Below are positions 61,755 through 64,000 of a stretch of 64,000 nucleotides of DNA, piece by piece. The notes beneath the pieces are model-generated. The model worked only from the letters and a program-made list of their open reading frames with translations, was not told the DNA's origin and ran no database searches. The stretch's first letter is position 1, and the number at the start of each line of letters is the position of its first letter. The stretch is from positions 1,302,001 through 1,366,000 of the forward strand of contig VRMN01000003.1 of NCBI GenBank assembly GCA_008690995.1, in the 5' to 3' direction. The DNA is from Porphyridium purpureum. Taxonomy: Eukaryota. The translations under genes and the position numbers were made by a program.

Positions 61755-63191
61755 CTACATCTGCGGGTCTAATGTAAATATTTCCTCGGAGCTACTGGTG
61801 CGTGACGACGAGGTGCCGTTGGTCACGGCGCGCCCGGCGCGGACGTGCGCCTCGTCTCGAAGCCGCTTGATGATATTAGCAATGGTTTCGCCATTCTCTG
61901 ACCCTCTTTGCGGAGTGGTCGGCTTCCCGCTCTTGTTCAGCTGATCCAACATGTCAAAGACTCGGTTCTGTTCCGCCAGCCGTAATCGCACCGGGTCGGG
62001 CGCCTCGTAGCCGGCCATGTGCTTGGCCATGTGCTTTTCGACCAAATCGGCGTCCATTTCCATGAGCAGATTCATAACATTCCCGCTCAGACTTCGCACG
62101 TTGCTGTTCCAGTGCTGCTCGACGTTCGACAGCAGCGCCGGAACGAGCAACGGCACGAAACGTTCCTTTCGATACAGCACAAGCTGCACGACATACTCAT
62201 TGTTCCAGAAAAACAGCGCGCGTTCGGCCACTTGAAAATGCGGGCTCTTGATGCACTGTACTAAGCGGTCAAACACAATGTCTGCCACCTCATCGAATTG
62301 GTCTGGTACCACAAACTCCATAATCTCCTCTAACTCGTTCAGAAACATGACTGCTTTCCGCGAGTGAGTCACGGGCCAGTAGCGTATCAGACTGTACGTA
62401 ATGTGTACCACGAGCTCGGGCTCCTTCCTGATGAATTGAATCAGGCAAAAGCACAGCTGTACGTGGTAGCTTGGTAAACTGGACGGAAGGTGCAGCCTGA
62501 TCAGCGTATGCTGCAAAAAGTTGCGGTGGTCTTCCTTGAGCGGTATTGAGAAACCATTGATGATACTACCCAGAATCTCAAGCATTTCGGCGATGCCTGT
62601 ATGACACCGATTTTCGGCTACGTAGCGCGTAAATGCGTTCTGCAGACTCTTGCGAACAAACGAACGTAATGAAAGTAGCTTACCGTAGAGCCTGTGGAAG
62701 ATTGTTTTCGCGTACTCGCGCTCACGCGGGTCTGGGCTCGCAAAAAGGTCCAGCATCCCAAGCACAAAATTATGGTCAAGCACGGTGCGCGCTGCCTTGA
62801 CATCCAGGTCAGGAGCGGCAACCATCCGCCGCAAAATTTCGTACACTATCTGCAGGTGCGGCCACGCGCGTTCCAATTGCGGCTCGTCATCTTCTGGTTC
62901 AAACAGATCCTCTGCTTCTTCGTTCAAGGGAATTGCTCGAAACAAATTTGCCCGCGCCATATCGACAATCGGCTCATATATCTCCACGTTTGAAAACACG
63001 CCCGGTGTGTTGTTCAGGAAGTCAACGGCGTCTACAAGCATCCTGCGCTTCATTTCCATTCTTGAAAACTCTTCGCGCCGATTCCCAGACGCCGAGAAGT
63101 CACATCTTTGCTCGCATTCCTTGAGATTCCGAATGAGCGCGTCGATGCGTTCTTCTACAGGGAAGTCCTGTAGCCGGCGGTAACGAACCAT
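61755..63191 (-). CDS. PPP2R5: Protein phosphatase 2A regulatory subunit B' (B56)
   Basis: AWPHLQIVYE, SPDPRERE, EILGSIINGF, FLNELEEI, SPHFQVAERAL, HWN. Confidence 0.95.
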   Translation of the reverse strand: MVRYRRLQDFPVEERIDALIRNLKECEQRCDFSASGNRREEFSRMEMKRRMLVDAVDFLNNTPGVFSNVEIYEPIVDMARANLFRAIPLNEEAEDLFEPEDDEPQLERAWPHLQIVYEILRRMVAAPDLDVKAARTVLDHNFVLGMLDLFASPDPREREYAKTIFHRLYGKLLSLRSFVRKSLQNAFTRYVAENRCHTGIAEMLEILGSIINGFSIPLKEDHRNFLQHTLIRLHLPSSLPSYHVQLCFCLIQFIRKEPELVVHITYSLIRYWPVTHSRKAVMFLNELEEIMEFVVPDQFDEVADIVFDRLVQCIKSPHFQVAERALFFWNNEYVVQLVLYRKERFVPLLVPALLSNVEQHWNSNVRSLSGNVMNLLMEMDADLVEKHMAKHMAGYEAPDPVRLRLAEQNRVFDMLDQLNKSGKPTTPQRGSENGETIANIIKRLRDEAHVRAGRAVTNGTSSSRTSSSEEIFTLDPQM

Positions 63192-64000
63192 TCAGTTCGA
63201 AATGAAAAGGGGGACTGGGAGGTCAAGCGCGCGCGAGGCGCGTTCCAACCTACTCGTCCCTCGCACACAAACACGCCCACGGGTACAAGCTGCTGACCGG
63301 GGGCAACCCGATCTGTACGTGAGGCGCCTATCGTTCCCAGCTGGCCGTGCACCGCGGAAAGTGAACTAGCACATGCGCGCTTCTCGCGCGCATCGATTTT
63401 GTCGGCTCTCCGTCGGCCCAGTCGACAAAGCGTTCTCAAAGAACACGCCGCTCCGCGCTTTGGACACTTACTCGACTATTTCCTTCTCGCGCTTTCCCGC
63501 TCCGTGCGCTCCTCCCGCGCGTCGACGTGCGTCTTCGTCTCCGAGTGCTCGTTCCCAGTCCAAGGAACGCAGTCGCGCGCGTTCTACTCGTACTCGGCTG
63601 CACAGGCTATTCCCACAGATGGCGGTTCGTGCGCTAGCGTTGGACGTTGCACTCGATCACGCCAACTTGGGATCAAACGGCGTGGCGCGTTCCACACGAG
63701 CTGCCTGTGCGCGCTGCTGATGATGACACGCGCAGAAGAGCCGCCTTTTCCCCCCGCCGCCTCCACTAAGACAAAAACGCGCACAGGCTCACAAGGTCGG
63801 CGAGCGTTCTGCCACGTGCTGCACGGACGGATCGTAGCTTGGGTACGAAGACGCTGACCAGGACGACGCCGGAGCTGTGTAATGTACGCGCTCGTGCGTC
63901 TGCATCAACTTACACACCGCGCGCTTGGCATGCAAACATCAGTACACGAATATGCACCGCGCTGTGCGTGTCCGTGCGCGTGCGCGTCTCCCTGCGAACA

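Noticed and set aside
1..64000. CRISPR arrays, rRNA, tRNA or snRNA genes
   Set aside because: None recognised by eye; a covariance-model scan would be needed to exclude small RNAs.

Overview
Eukaryotic, intron-poor, gene-dense DNA, most consistent with a unicellular red alga such as Porphyridium (inferred from gene content and architecture, not from a search). Positions 1-17.6 kb are a nest of transposons. A GalEa-like Ty1/Copia element (INT-RT-RNaseH) is split in frame by a young minus-strand chromodomain Ty3/Gypsy element (708-9063; identical 318-bp LTRs; 4-bp TSD CACC). That Gypsy element contains a decayed Tc1/Tc3-like DNA transposon (1215-2604; 32-bp TIRs; TA TSD). A second young Gypsy element (10833-16271; 301-bp LTRs with 1 mismatch; TSD TCAGA) follows the Copia ORF. 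Gypsy 1 has no tRNA primer-binding site: a palindrome sits flush with the LTR end instead. It also has a covarying triple leader hairpin, and gag and pol in one frame separated by a single UGA. Gypsy 2 has heat-shock-element arrays in its LTRs and a canonical -1 frameshift site. Positions 19.5-63.2 kb hold about 22 tightly packed host genes: exportin-1, HAD hydrolase, maltose O-acetyltransferase, MESD-like chaperone, glutamate-receptor-like channel, secreted Hedgehog/Hint protein, RING E3, two head-to-head JmjC genes, MFS transporter, SF3B2, LC8, divergent CCT-alpha, trefoil protein, pseudo-hydrolase, racemase-like protein, 2OG oxygenase, XPG, ACADSB and PP2A-B'. All homology calls are by motif recognition only.
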